Source of the DNA: a virus
IMG/VR virus record: IMGVR_UViG_3300020392_000004
Length of the DNA: 64,000 nucleotides
Strand: one strand, 5' to 3'
The notes beneath the pieces were generated by a model. It had not been told where the DNA came from. It made no database searches and was given only the letters and a program-made list of their open reading frames with translations. The translations under genes and the position numbers were made by a program. Shown piece by piece: positions 27,330-37,931 of this stretch (within the stretch, counting starts at the first letter, position 1; every line of letters starts with the position of its first letter).

Positions 27330-28703
27330 TTAACCTAATGGTTTTAGTTTAGTTAAAGCTTCGGAATACCTAGCAATTGAAGGGTCTAAAACCTTCTCTT
27401 CGTCAGAAGAAAATTCTCCAGTTCCTTCTTCTTGCTTGGTTTCCTCGGCAATAGACTCACCGTCTACAGAGAAATAAGCTTCTTTAATTTCTGCAACTTT
27501 CTCTTCGAAATCTGCTTCGTCTGTGAAGTCTATCCCTTTAGATAGTGAAATCAATTTTTCTCGTTGTGATTCAGTTAGGTCTTCACCTGCTTGTTTCACA
27601 ACATTGTCTCTCTTTAATGAACCTAACTCTTCTGTGATGTCCATATTTTTTTGAACTTCACCGTCAAGTTTTGCTTCCATTTCTTCGAGACGATTTGCGA
27701 GTTCGTCAACGACATTATACTTATCTTCGGGGACTTCAACATAATGTTCTACGAACAATGTTTTTAATCCTTCGATAAAGTTTTCTGTCATTTCAGACCT
27801 CAAACCTCTTTCTATTGCAAGTTCGTTTTCTTTCGACCACTCTTCAGCAACATAAGATAGATATTTGTCAACGGCTTCTGATAAGTCACCTTTAACTTTT
27901 TCTATCGAGGTTTTTAATTCTTCTGAATATTGAGATTCCAGTTGTTCTTTAATCTCTTCAACTTTGCTTGTGACAGCAGCTTTGAAGATTGTTTTTGCTT
28001 TTTCTGAATTCTCTTCTGATAATTCTAGTGCTTCTGAAATTTTTGATAGGTCGTCATCTATTTCAATTTCAACTAATGAAGATTCGAGTTCAGCAGAAGT
28101 TTCTTCGTCAACGGCTTCAGATTTGACTGACTCTTCCTTTTCGTCATCGTCATCGTCATCATCTTCTTCTTCGTCTTCCATTCCGTATCCTTCTACGAAT
28201 TTTGCAACATCTTCTTGAGACATTGCCTTCAAACTTTCTACTACTTTTCTTGCGACTTCTGCTTTAGTCAAGGATTCATCGACCTCTTCGTCCTCTTCTG
28301 ACAATGAAGCGAGCATTTCTTTAATACTTGCTTTGTCTAGACCTTTCATCTTGTCGACTACTGCCTTGATATTTTCCATCTTGGAAGTTGTTGATTCATC
28401 TACTTTAGACTCTTCTTCACCTTCTTTGAGTTTCCCACCTTTTTCAGCAGGTGCTGCACCTTTCTTCTGCGCGTCCCCTTCGTTAGAAGGAGCTTTCTCT
28501 GCAGCTTTAACAGATGCTACGGCTTTGTCAACAGGATTTTCTTCAGGCTTGACGACTTCAGCCTTGCCAGATTCAATTTTCTCGGCATCGGATGAACCTT
28601 GTTTAACAGCAGATTTATCGCCCTGTTCTGCACCGTCATGTGGTTGCTTAACTTCAGCAACAACTTCTTCGGTGTTTTCCACTTGGTTTTCTAAATCTGA
28701 CAT
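27330..28703 (-). CDS. gp22: Prohead core scaffold gp22
   Basis: LSEE..EKAKTIF.AAV, VDKYLSYVAEEW..ENELAIERG; acidic N-terminal extension. Confidence 0.93.
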   Translation of the reverse strand: MSDLENQVENTEEVVAEVKQPHDGAEQGDKSAVKQGSSDAEKIESGKAEVVKPEENPVDKAVASVKAAEKAPSNEGDAQKKGAAPAEKGGKLKEGEEESKVDESTTSKMENIKAVVDKMKGLDKASIKEMLASLSEEDEEVDESLTKAEVARKVVESLKAMSQEDVAKFVEGYGMEDEEEDDDDDDDEKEESVKSEAVDEETSAELESSLVEIEIDDDLSKISEALELSEENSEKAKTIFKAAVTSKVEEIKEQLESQYSEELKTSIEKVKGDLSEAVDKYLSYVAEEWSKENELAIERGLRSEMTENFIEGLKTLFVEHYVEVPEDKYNVVDELANRLEEMEAKLDGEVQKNMDITEELGSLKRDNVVKQAGEDLTESQREKLISLSKGIDFTDEADFEEKVAEIKEAYFSVDGESIAEETKQEEGTGEFSSDEEKVLDPSIARYSEALTKLKPLG

Positions 28704-28740
28704 AAATTTCTCCTGTTTATGTAATTATTGATTACTTTTT

Positions 28741-28748
28741 TATTTATA
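28741..28748 (-). promoter_or_regulatory. Late promoter TATAAATA
   Basis: Exact consensus upstream of gp22. Confidence 0.8.
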
Positions 28749-28750
28749 TG

Positions 28751-29404
28751 TTAAAGGCTTTCAACAAACCTTTTCCATAGGTTCAATTTGGTTTCTTGAA
28801 GTTTATTTAACCTTGCAGACTTTAATTCTTTCTGCATTTGGTCAATATCATAAGCTTTCAATCTACCGTTTTCATAAATCCATTCTACACCTTCCATAAT
28901 ACCTTCTACGAAAGCTTCGGGTGCAGACGGGTCTGCAACGATATCACCTGCTGTTGCAAGTTGAAAATCGTCTTTTACATACTGTGCATTTCCTTTAGAT
29001 TCTAGTGAACCTAGACCTCTAGAAGAAACACCCAGTTTTGCACCATCATCTATCAAATTTTTTACTATTTGACCGTTTGGTGTTGATAAAATCTTTGCTC
29101 TCCCAACGAAATTGTTTCCATCTTCTTCTAATTTCGTAATTAAATGGGATACTTTGTCTAAATTGATTGTTGGCCCTTCGGGGTGTCCTAACTCTCCGAA
29201 TGCTCTATCTTTGTTTACGAACTCTTTGTTATACCTTTTTACTTCGTTCTGTATAACTTCTTTAGGGTATATACGACCATTTCGATTTTTAATCTCTGAT
29301 TGCATAAAGATACCCTCGATAAAATAATCTTTTTTACCGTCTTTGTTTTCCTCGACTATTACGGGACTTACCCCGTAGTCATTAAATTCAGAAATTAATT
29401 TCAT
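28751..29404 (-). CDS. gp21: Prohead protease gp21
   Basis: IEGIFMQ, KNRNGRIYP, GELGHP, GVSSRGLGS, DIVADPSAP. Confidence 0.97.
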   Translation of the reverse strand: MKLISEFNDYGVSPVIVEENKDGKKDYFIEGIFMQSEIKNRNGRIYPKEVIQNEVKRYNKEFVNKDRAFGELGHPEGPTINLDKVSHLITKLEEDGNNFVGRAKILSTPNGQIVKNLIDDGAKLGVSSRGLGSLESKGNAQYVKDDFQLATAGDIVADPSAPEAFVEGIMEGVEWIYENGRLKAYDIDQMQKELKSARLNKLQETKLNLWKRFVESL

Positions 29405-29681
29405 TTGTTATTTCCTCTATCGATATTCCTTCTTCGGACATGTCTACTAACATATTCTTCACTGCTTTCATACCGACTTTTAAGGACTCTGTGTCCTCGA
29501 AGGTTTCTTGTATCTCTTGTCCGTTTAGAAATACTGTGATACCTTCATCACATTCTGTGTATACAATATTTATACTTTCTTCACCTATTTTGAAGATTTC
29601 TCTTTTGAGTTCTATATGTCCCTCGGGAACCATGAATCTAGATTCATGCAACTCTTGAGATATTTCAGAAAAGGTTCTCAC
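29388..29681 (-). CDS. Putative prohead core protein (gp68 position)
   Basis: Position between gp20 and gp21; N-terminus MRTFSEISQELHE resembles a capsid-targeting sequence. Confidence 0.55.
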   Translation of the reverse strand: MRTFSEISQELHESRFMVPEGHIELKREIFKIGEESINIVYTECDEGITVFLNGQEIQETFEDTESLKVGMKAVKNMLVDMSEEGISIEEITNEINF

Positions 29682-29857
29682 TTTTCTACTTCACCTGTTG
29701 AAGTATTATTATCCATCCAGTTAACACTCTTTTCTACTCTTTTCATGTCAACCACTTCTGCAGCTTTCTGTTTGATACCGTCAAAGATTTCACTCTTTGC
29801 TTGTTCTAACTTTCCTGCCTCAATACTATCAACTATTTTATCTGATATTTCACTCAT
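29678..29857 (-). CDS. Putative prohead core protein (gp67 position), 59 aa
   Basis: Hand translation MSEISDKIVDSIEAGKLEQAKSEIFDGIKQKAAEVVDMKRVEKSVNWMDNNTSTGEVEK; GGAGG RBS. Confidence 0.7.
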   Translation of the reverse strand: MSEISDKIVDSIEAGKLEQAKSEIFDGIKQKAAEVVDMKRVEKSVNWMDNNTSTGEVEK

Positions 29858-29859
29858 TT

Positions 29860-31407
29860 CTAAAAGCCTCCAAAGCTATTTCCATCGTCTTCTTCTCCAC
29901 CTTCCTCATTGTCACCCTCTCCTTCTTTAGAGATTTGTTTGTCAATGAGTTTGATTTCGTCTTCCGACTGGTGTAGGACATACTTTCTAACATATTCGTT
30001 TGAATAGTATTTACCTACATAATCACCTATTGCACCAAGAGTATCTAATCTCTCTCTCAATATCTCTGCTTCCTTCAACTCTGTAAAGTGGTTGTCGGTT
30101 GCAAAATCAAAATAGAAGAAGTCCTTTATCTTATCGAACTCTTCTCCATTTACAATATTCTTAAGAACTAATTGTGTCTTAAGGATATCTATAAATGTTC
30201 TTGCAAACTTTGCCTGTAATCTTTGAGTGAACTTATTAAATTTAAGTTCGTCTCTTGAGATTTCTGAAGCACGACCCATGTTAAATCCATTGTCAGCTTC
30301 TAATCTCGTTGCAGGCACATTTAATGACTGATATAACTTCTTCTTGAAGTATTCTATATCGTCAATATCTGCAAGGTTCTGTCCGCCTGGAAGTGTAGTA
30401 ATCTCTGTTCCACGACCACCTTCTCTTCTAGGCAACCAAAAATCTTCAAGCATAGACATGTGTTTTCTATCATCTTTGATTTCACCTGTCTGTGCATTAT
30501 AAACAAGTTTATTTCTATACTTGTTCATTACATCTGCAAGATATTGTTCTGCTTTTGCTTTTGGCAAGTTTCCAACATCAATATAGAAGATTCTTCTTTC
30601 AGGAGCTCTTGATATCCTGTAGATAACAAGTGCATCTTCCATCATCGATAACTGGTTTGCAGTCTTCAATGCCTTATGCAGATATCCAACTACTACATTC
30701 TTTGTGTAGTCTAGAAGGCCACTAGTAGTGTATGAGACGGCTTCAGGTGCAATTCTTACGGTATTACCGTCTGTTGCACTAGATTTGTCAAATCCTTTGT
30801 CATTGAAGACATAGAACTCTTCAATCTTCTCAACTCGTTCTATCTTTGTCTTTGGGTCTTTACCCTTTTCGACATTTCTAACCTTCTTAATTTTAAGTGG
30901 GTCTATGATTCTTAAATCAACCACACCTAAATTAGGTCGTTTGCTATCAACGACCTTATGGAAGTATATCCTTCCATCTACATACCACTTTCTGAATATT
31001 TCATGAGAGTTCTGATTGAACTTCATTAAAGATAAGATATGATTGAACTCGGTGTGTATCTTTTTCTTGATTTTATCAGAGAGATTCACATCTCTCAAAT
31101 CGAGTGTCACAATCTTATCGGAAACATCAGCAGTGATACACTCATTCACGATATCTTCTATCGCAGAGTCACATTCGGGGACTAATGATATCTCACGGTA
31201 TCTACGAATGAGTTCTGCCTCATTCTTGATACCACCTTCCATATCAACATACGCACCATATGCTCCGCCAGATATATACCCAGCTTGTTGTTGAATGACG
31301 GGAGTGCCATCATCGTCAACAGGAGGCACAAACGACTTTGCAGTCTGTGTCTCCTTGACTCTTAACTCGTCTTTCTTACGAGTTATTTCAAACCCAAATA
31401 TTTCCAT
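29860..31407 (-). CDS. gp20: Portal protein gp20
   Basis: WYVDGR, IYRISRAPERRIFYIDVGNLPK, EDFWLPRREGGRGTEI. Confidence 0.99.
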   Translation of the reverse strand: MEIFGFEITRKKDELRVKETQTAKSFVPPVDDDGTPVIQQQAGYISGGAYGAYVDMEGGIKNEAELIRRYREISLVPECDSAIEDIVNECITADVSDKIVTLDLRDVNLSDKIKKKIHTEFNHILSLMKFNQNSHEIFRKWYVDGRIYFHKVVDSKRPNLGVVDLRIIDPLKIKKVRNVEKGKDPKTKIERVEKIEEFYVFNDKGFDKSSATDGNTVRIAPEAVSYTTSGLLDYTKNVVVGYLHKALKTANQLSMMEDALVIYRISRAPERRIFYIDVGNLPKAKAEQYLADVMNKYRNKLVYNAQTGEIKDDRKHMSMLEDFWLPRREGGRGTEITTLPGGQNLADIDDIEYFKKKLYQSLNVPATRLEADNGFNMGRASEISRDELKFNKFTQRLQAKFARTFIDILKTQLVLKNIVNGEEFDKIKDFFYFDFATDNHFTELKEAEILRERLDTLGAIGDYVGKYYSNEYVRKYVLHQSEDEIKLIDKQISKEGEGDNEEGGEEDDGNSFGGF

Positions 31408-31449
31408 AATATTATTTAGTCTCCCCTAAAGGAGTCTTTTTCACTCGGG

Positions 31450-31947
31450 TTAAACGACTCTTTCCCAGTGAGAATATGTGAAGTCAACTGTAAACTCCTC
31501 TAATGCATCTACTGTTTCGTAATTTAAGTCGATAGCAGCGATGTTTTTAGGGAACATGTTGAAGAATTCATATCTCGCTAGAACTGCGTCATCTTTACCC
31601 AGTTGTTCTACAAAAGCTCTAGATAGTAAGTAATCATTACTTGCCATACCTACACCTGAATCAAGCTCTTGAATATCCTGTTGCCAAGCCTCTAATGCTG
31701 ACCTCGCAGAAAATTCTGAATCATTGATTATGGTCACTGACCAATCTTCAAATGTTCTATCTCCTGCTAATTTAAGATTGTGTCCTCTGAAAGGAACGAT
31801 AATCTCACCTAGGGTTGCAGCTGGAACCTGTGCAGCTTTACAAAGGAACTCAATCCTTTGACCACTACGAGGAATGAAAACTTTAAATCGGTTAGGTCTT
31901 GGGCCTCCTCCGATTAATTGTGCTTTAAATTCATCTATTGTTGCCAT
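31450..31947 (-). CDS. gp19: Tail tube gp19
   Basis: GGGPRPNRF, AGDRTFEDWSVTIIND, EEFTVDF.Y. Confidence 0.97.
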   Translation of the reverse strand: MATIDEFKAQLIGGGPRPNRFKVFIPRSGQRIEFLCKAAQVPAATLGEIIVPFRGHNLKLAGDRTFEDWSVTIINDSEFSARSALEAWQQDIQELDSGVGMASNDYLLSRAFVEQLGKDDAVLARYEFFNMFPKNIAAIDLNYETVDALEEFTVDFTYSHWERVV

Positions 31948-31957
31948 TCTTTACTCC

Positions 31958-33928
31958 TTAAACTGCTCCGTAGATTTCTTCAAACTCGACTCCTGACCTT
32001 GCAGCCACAAAGTTGAGAGTGATAAAGTTAATACTTCTAGCAGGTTTCACAAAGATAGAACAAACAAATTCGTTTCTATCTATAACTGTATCAGTGTTGT
32101 TAGTTTCATCACATAATACAGCGAAGTCTACTAGACCCCTTCTGTTCTTAACATCTCTTAAGAAAGGTTCTACTGCAGCTCTAAACTGTGCTCTTGTGAA
32201 TGCATCGTTGAATTCAAAGAGTTGTGCTTTTGCAGCTGTTGAGATTGCCTTTTCTAATACGATGAACAACCTTCTGACATTGATTCTATCAAATGCTGAA
32301 GGTGTCGATAATGCAGTTTTGTCTCCGAAAAGAACTGTTCCTTGGCCTGGGAATGTGACGATTGGGTTAATTCTTGCACTGTATAAGTCGTCTCTAGACG
32401 ATTGCGATGGGTTGAATGCAAGTTTTGTTATACCCAAGTATTGACCTCTTGAGAATCCTGCTGGTGAGAACCATGGGTCTCTTAATAGGTCACTTCTAGC
32501 CATAATCCCTGCTGTGTGTCCATTGCCTGGCACCCAACAGAATCTATCGTTATATCTGTCATATTGATAGACCCAACCTGAATCTAACACTGCATATGAA
32601 CTTGATGTCACACTCGCGTAGTCTGCAATCACATTTACTGATTGTGCTGACTCTGATGCAACATTTACGACTGATACTTTTTTAGGTGAAGCAACAACCA
32701 TACAGTCTTTTCGACTTTCTGCTATTTGTATAAGTTGATTTACGATAGTGTTGTGGTCTGCCTCATTTGCATTGTCTGTTCTAGTTGAACCTACAATTAA
32801 GAATGAAACATCTTGTGTCTCACTATCTCCGAATAGGTCTACATATGCACCGAACTTCTGACCCGCTGTGTGTTGACTTCCGTCAGCACCGTCTGCAAGT
32901 GAAGTATTAATTGGTGCAGAAGGTCTACCGAAAGCACTTGACCCTGAAGCAGCGTGTGTTGTCACACTATTTGCAGCTGCATGAGTCGAGGTGCTATGAC
33001 CTGTCCACCAAACCCAATCGGATTGATTATTAATTACTTGTTTGTAATAGTTAGACGCACCTTGTGAATCTTTTGCGTCTGAAGCACATGAAACAAATCC
33101 GTATGTTTCCATAACTTCGTGTTGTTTACCTGTGATTGCACCGTCTTCGTCTACGACTACTACATGAATTTCGTCTGCACTTCCTGAAGCAGCTGATGCT
33201 GATACAGATGTGCCTGGAGCTTTTTCAAATTGATTGAAGAACTCCCAATATCTGTGAACTTGAGCTCCCGAAGATAATGCTTCTACGAGACCTGTTCCTG
33301 CTGGTTTGTTTAAAGCTTCGATGGTTATAGTTCCTGTTGCAGTAGCAGTCACTCTATATTCCTGAACATTAGTTCCAAATCTGACAATGTCTCTTACTTG
33401 GAATCCTGCTTCGGAAGTGACTGATATTACTGTCTGACCCACAGCTTCGTTTGCATCTAAAGTAGTCACATTGTCATTGAAATATGCATCAGATGATGCA
33501 CAAACACTGACTTTTAGTGAATTACCTAGTGCGCCTGGGTATTTTGCAGTCCATGAACCTACAGTGCCTGCAGCTCCACCATTCTCAAATCCTGATTGGT
33601 AAGCATCTAGGTTTTTGATAACTGCATCGCTATCATTACCTGAATTTGCATTATAGGTTGTTGCACTTGCAACACGAACAACTTTGAGTGATGAACCATA
33701 TCTTAAGAAACTCTCTGCAGCATAGAAATCCTCGGCACCTGCGTCTGTGTCAGCAGGTGTGTAGAATGTATCTACTAAATCGACAGCATCTGAAACCGAT
33801 ACTACTTCATCAACAGGGCCCCATCGAAATGCACCCGCGAATGCTCCAGTGACACTGGAAACTGCAGGCACAACATTTGTCAAGTCTATTTCTTTGACCT
33901 GAACGCCTGGTGATACTTGAAATGCCAT
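31958..33928 (-). CDS. gp18: Tail sheath gp18
   Basis: SPGVQVKEIDLT, PWFSPAG..RG, FDRINVRRLF, KPARSINFITLNF. Confidence 0.98.
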   Translation of the reverse strand: MAFQVSPGVQVKEIDLTNVVPAVSSVTGAFAGAFRWGPVDEVVSVSDAVDLVDTFYTPADTDAGAEDFYAAESFLRYGSSLKVVRVASATTYNANSGNDSDAVIKNLDAYQSGFENGGAAGTVGSWTAKYPGALGNSLKVSVCASSDAYFNDNVTTLDANEAVGQTVISVTSEAGFQVRDIVRFGTNVQEYRVTATATGTITIEALNKPAGTGLVEALSSGAQVHRYWEFFNQFEKAPGTSVSASAASGSADEIHVVVVDEDGAITGKQHEVMETYGFVSCASDAKDSQGASNYYKQVINNQSDWVWWTGHSTSTHAAANSVTTHAASGSSAFGRPSAPINTSLADGADGSQHTAGQKFGAYVDLFGDSETQDVSFLIVGSTRTDNANEADHNTIVNQLIQIAESRKDCMVVASPKKVSVVNVASESAQSVNVIADYASVTSSSYAVLDSGWVYQYDRYNDRFCWVPGNGHTAGIMARSDLLRDPWFSPAGFSRGQYLGITKLAFNPSQSSRDDLYSARINPIVTFPGQGTVLFGDKTALSTPSAFDRINVRRLFIVLEKAISTAAKAQLFEFNDAFTRAQFRAAVEPFLRDVKNRRGLVDFAVLCDETNNTDTVIDRNEFVCSIFVKPARSINFITLNFVAARSGVEFEEIYGAV

Positions 33929-33966
33929 ACTTTTCTCCTGTTAATGTAAAAAGTTGTTTACTGTTT

Positions 33967-33974
33967 TATTTATA
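33967..33974 (-). promoter_or_regulatory. Late promoter TATAAATA
   Basis: Exact consensus upstream of gp18. Confidence 0.8.
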
Positions 33975-33993
33975 ACTAAACCTTCCCTAACAA

Positions 33994-35598
33994 TTACCAT
34001 TTAATCTCCACATCATTAGAATTAGAGAACCAACGGTCACCTTCATCGTCTACGAAAGTGGTCTCTTCGGGTTTTTGACCCCCGAATACTCCTGCTGGAA
34101 GTAAATCGTCTTCTATCATCTTCTGTTGTTCTGCATATAACAGGTCTTTCACCTGTGTATCTGTTAAATGATAGAAGTAATCAGTTGTTATAAACCATGA
34201 AAATAATACTAGATTCATTACCATATCGTCATGATATCCTCTGTCTGCTTCAAATGAATTACCCTTATTGACAAATGTCATTAGCTCTGTTATAGTAGGT
34301 CGGTCTATTACAGATAGACGGTCTTCCTCTAATAGTTCTTTTAGAGTAGAACACCCAATTCTCTTAATTTTTTTGTTGACCGATATCCCTATATCTTCTG
34401 ATTTTAACTGTCCTTGAGTAAAAACATTTGGATACTCAATATCATAATGCAATTGTGTTGCAACAATTCCACCCTCTGCATTATTTTCTATAATTACAAG
34501 AGCCTCGTTAAAAGGTCTTGCATATTTATTTATAATATCAGGAAACAGCATGGGACTTATCATGTCGTCTCTGAATGTGCAAACTTGTCTGAATGGTTTT
34601 GTTGTGACATCAAAAATACTAAATGTAGAGAAGTCCATACCTCTTCCTTTTGCAACATCAACTGTGCAAACATAATTATGACCCTCTACTGGTTTCTCAT
34701 ATAGACTTACATTGTCTTTTGACCATTCGGGGTCTACTGCTCTCATTCCTAATAAAGTATTAGAATTAATTAATGTATTACCAGTTCCAAGGAAACTATT
34801 ACCATACTCTTGTTCAAATTGTGCCTCTGATGTGTTTGCAATGGTCATTTCCTTCCATTCTTTATCACGGCCCGGCACATCATACCAGTTTATTATAAAA
34901 CTCTTGTATTCGGACTGCTCGTGGACAGCACTCTCATATATTTTATGGAACATATTACCCACACCATTTGCAGTTGAGGTTATAATAACCTTTGAATCTT
35001 TACCCGAGGTAATAACGGGATATGTTGCAGTATAGAATGTCTCTGCATCGTCCACGAATGCAAACTCGTCCAAGTATAGTAAATTGATTGACATACCACG
35101 AATTGAACTTGAACTTGTTGCAGCTGCAACTACTTTTGAATCATTTGAAAATTCTATAGAACCTTTGTTGAGAATCTTAACGCCTGGCTGTAAAAAGAAT
35201 GGAACAGACTCTAACATGGTCACGATTCTTGCAATCATTTCTCTTGCAATTGCACCTTTGTTTGCAAGAACAGCTACAGTGACTTCGGGGTGAAACAATA
35301 AGAACCATAATAGATATGCACACGAGGTTATTGATTTACCACTCTGTCTACTTGCAAGAACTACATTAAATCTATTTTTATCATAGAAGTTTATAAGGTC
35401 TTCTTGATAACCGCGAAGTTTAAATGGAACCATACCTTCATCAAGAGATATAATCTGTGTATAATTCTCTATGAAATGTGCTGGGTCTTTGGAACATTTA
35501 AGATACTCCTCCATTTGTTCAGAGGTATAAGCAGTATCAACACCAGCTCTCTTAATGAGTGTGTTTCCTAGATATCCTTCATTAGTCGGTTTAACCAT
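33994..35598 (-). CDS. gp17: Terminase large subunit gp17
   Basis: SRQSGKS, YLDEFAF, ITSTANG, FEQEY, DVAKG, HDDMVM. Confidence 0.98.
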   Translation of the reverse strand: MVKPTNEGYLGNTLIKRAGVDTAYTSEQMEEYLKCSKDPAHFIENYTQIISLDEGMVPFKLRGYQEDLINFYDKNRFNVVLASRQSGKSITSCAYLLWFLLFHPEVTVAVLANKGAIAREMIARIVTMLESVPFFLQPGVKILNKGSIEFSNDSKVVAAATSSSSIRGMSINLLYLDEFAFVDDAETFYTATYPVITSGKDSKVIITSTANGVGNMFHKIYESAVHEQSEYKSFIINWYDVPGRDKEWKEMTIANTSEAQFEQEYGNSFLGTGNTLINSNTLLGMRAVDPEWSKDNVSLYEKPVEGHNYVCTVDVAKGRGMDFSTFSIFDVTTKPFRQVCTFRDDMISPMLFPDIINKYARPFNEALVIIENNAEGGIVATQLHYDIEYPNVFTQGQLKSEDIGISVNKKIKRIGCSTLKELLEEDRLSVIDRPTITELMTFVNKGNSFEADRGYHDDMVMNLVLFSWFITTDYFYHLTDTQVKDLLYAEQQKMIEDDLLPAGVFGGQKPEETTFVDDEGDRWFSNSNDVEIKW

Positions 35599-36485
35599 TA
35601 ATAAAGATTCCCATATGAATATTGATTAGGACTATCATTCCATTCATTATGGAAGTCCCAATAATTATGTAAACACCAGTGTGTAGGTTCTCTAAAATTA
35701 CTAAACAAATACTTGTTATCAAATCCTACTTCCCAACCACAACAGTTGTCACTGTAGAATTCATATTCTAATCCACCGTAAAAGTCTCCATCGTAAATAA
35801 GTTTCATATCTGCTATGTTATCTCTAGAGTCGAACCACCTTTGTCCAGTATATCTTGAACCCATACCTTCTATTATAGGTTCCATTAGTTTTAAAAACTC
35901 TGCTGTATAAGGTTCTATCACGCCACCATCGTCTGTCATAATTTTCTTTTCTTCTTTTAATTTGATATCATACAGTTTGACTGTGTTCGGATATAATTTA
36001 TCGTAGACACCTCTGTCTTTAGCAGCGTCACATAGGTCTATCAATCCTTCTTGATATACATTGTTTCCAATCATTTCATGGATATAGATATCTGCTTCAG
36101 GCCATTCAATATCTAAAAAGTCTCCTTGAATTACTTGCCACTGTGGCATTCTTCCTTTCAAATAAACAATAGGGTGAAATTGTGCATCAACTCCGATACA
36201 CTTTTTTGCACCAAAAAAATCTGCAAGAAATAACAATGCACCAGGCCCACAACCTAAATCACATACAACTTTACCTTCTGCATTTGCAGCTAAAAAATCT
36301 GCATATGCTTTTTGTCTCTGTGAATCTCTAATCATTCTCCAATATCCACCTGCTCTTTTACTCATGGTTTCAACTGCAAGAAACCACGCAGGGTGTGATT
36401 CGTCCACATGTGCTGGTGCAATCGGGCACTTATCGTTTTCTACTTCTTGTCTTAATCTTTGTAAGTGTTGTTCACGGTTATTCAT
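35598..36485 (-). CDS. SAM-dependent methyltransferase, PRMT-like
   Basis: MIRDSQRQKAY, motif I VCDLGCGPG, post-I CIGVD, double-E loop HEMIGNNVYQE, PTHW. Confidence 0.8.
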   Translation of the reverse strand: MNNREQHLQRLRQEVENDKCPIAPAHVDESHPAWFLAVETMSKRAGGYWRMIRDSQRQKAYADFLAANAEGKVVCDLGCGPGALLFLADFFGAKKCIGVDAQFHPIVYLKGRMPQWQVIQGDFLDIEWPEADIYIHEMIGNNVYQEGLIDLCDAAKDRGVYDKLYPNTVKLYDIKLKEEKKIMTDDGGVIEPYTAEFLKLMEPIIEGMGSRYTGQRWFDSRDNIADMKLIYDGDFYGGLEYEFYSDNCCGWEVGFDNKYLFSNFREPTHWCLHNYWDFHNEWNDSPNQYSYGNLY

Positions 36486-36876
36486 CTTTATTTTTCTTCA
36501 AGAACTTTTGCAACTCACTTGTCGAACCGACATATAAATGGTTGTGTTGAGTCTTGATAGAACTATCCTCTTTCTCTAAATCCTTTAATTTTTTCTGTAT
36601 GTCAATAAGTTTCTCTGCCGTCTCTGAAACGGTTTTTATCAATTGACCAGCAACCTCATATGCACGAGGGTGTTCTGTTTCTTTGGATAGTTCTAATATG
36701 CCGTCTATGGCGTCTTGTCCTCGTTCTACGAGGTCGTAGAGGTTCTCACGGGCATATTTGTAGTCAGTTTCAATGTTCTCTGTCCTAGCAGGAACTTTGA
36801 CTAACTTGGTTTCTTGTTTGATATCAGAATTGATATCTAGAAGATTATCTAATGTTTTATCTATTTCCTTTGTCAT
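36478..36876 (-). CDS. gp16: Terminase small subunit gp16
   Basis: DYKYARENLY, HPRAYEVAGQLIK, LYVGSTSELQK. Confidence 0.95.
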   Translation of the reverse strand: MTKEIDKTLDNLLDINSDIKQETKLVKVPARTENIETDYKYARENLYDLVERGQDAIDGILELSKETEHPRAYEVAGQLIKTVSETAEKLIDIQKKLKDLEKEDSSIKTQHNHLYVGSTSELQKFLKKNKDE

Positions 36877-36878
36877 AA

Positions 36879-37931
36879 TTAACCGTCACTGGTTCTATCC
36901 TCTGAATATGTAGAAGTAGCTCCTTCATCATAAAAAGTCACTGTCTCTGCAACAACAAATGTGTCGTTTGGTTGAACTGAACCAACAAATTTCAGTTTTG
37001 TTCCAGCAGATATAGTAATTGGATTATTCAATACAATTGATAAATTATCAGATGCAATGGACGAAATAGTTGGGTTTGTTGTTAAATTAGTTCCAAACAC
37101 TTCGTCTCCAACTCCTATCTTACTATTTATTGCACTAGTAAATGACACTGTTGCACTGTTAGATACTGCATTATTTGTAGTTTCTGCAAACGCAGGTTCA
37201 TAGTGTTTAACTTCTTTGACTAATCCACTTCCCTCTATCTGTGAAGTTGTGAATCCTGCTTGTAGGTCTGTATTAATATAATCTCTTTCGATAACATTTT
37301 TAATAACCTCACCTGTATATACAGGGCCAAAGAAATAAGTTTTCATAGTAAACTCTAAAGAATATTCTAATACTCTTCTTTCTTCAAATGTTCCCTCGTA
37401 TTGGTCTTCCATTGATACACTATTCAATGTAATAGGAACATCTCTAGTTTCTGACATTGAATCAACCAACTTCATAGTCACCGTATACTCGGGTTGAAAA
37501 TATGGTAGTATTTGTTCTACTATTTGAATTGCATCTATAACATTTTTTGCAAGTATTGATAATGTGAATGTTAAGTTATACGGAGCTGGTTGATATTGGA
37601 AACCTCTCTTTCCAACATCAGAAGTTTCTAAATTTGTTTTTTGTGTTCTGATTAATTTGTTTTGTTGTCTAGTTGAATCGTATTCTAATCCAGTCATTTC
37701 AAAAGCCATACGAGGTAAAGATATAGAAGTCACACTTCCGTCTCTTGCTTTCAAGTCGTCTTGCAATCTCAATAGAAACTTTTGTTTAGGCCCGTATGAT
37801 ATAGGAACTAGGTTTTTAGATAAAACAGTTCCGTCTGATTGTATCTTACTGGTGTATATCTGATTAAATAAAGTTCCGAATACTGAAATCGACCTTTTTA
37901 TAGTTTCATTGTAAAAGAAAGTTCCAAACAT
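36879..37931 (-). CDS. gp15: Tail sheath stabilizer gp15
   Basis: FGTLFN, VPISYGPKQKFL, LPRMAFE, QIVEQILPYFQP. Confidence 0.95.
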   Translation of the reverse strand: MFGTFFYNETIKRSISVFGTLFNQIYTSKIQSDGTVLSKNLVPISYGPKQKFLLRLQDDLKARDGSVTSISLPRMAFEMTGLEYDSTRQQNKLIRTQKTNLETSDVGKRGFQYQPAPYNLTFTLSILAKNVIDAIQIVEQILPYFQPEYTVTMKLVDSMSETRDVPITLNSVSMEDQYEGTFEERRVLEYSLEFTMKTYFFGPVYTGEVIKNVIERDYINTDLQAGFTTSQIEGSGLVKEVKHYEPAFAETTNNAVSNSATVSFTSAINSKIGVGDEVFGTNLTTNPTISSIASDNLSIVLNNPITISAGTKLKFVGSVQPNDTFVVAETVTFYDEGATSTYSEDRTSDG

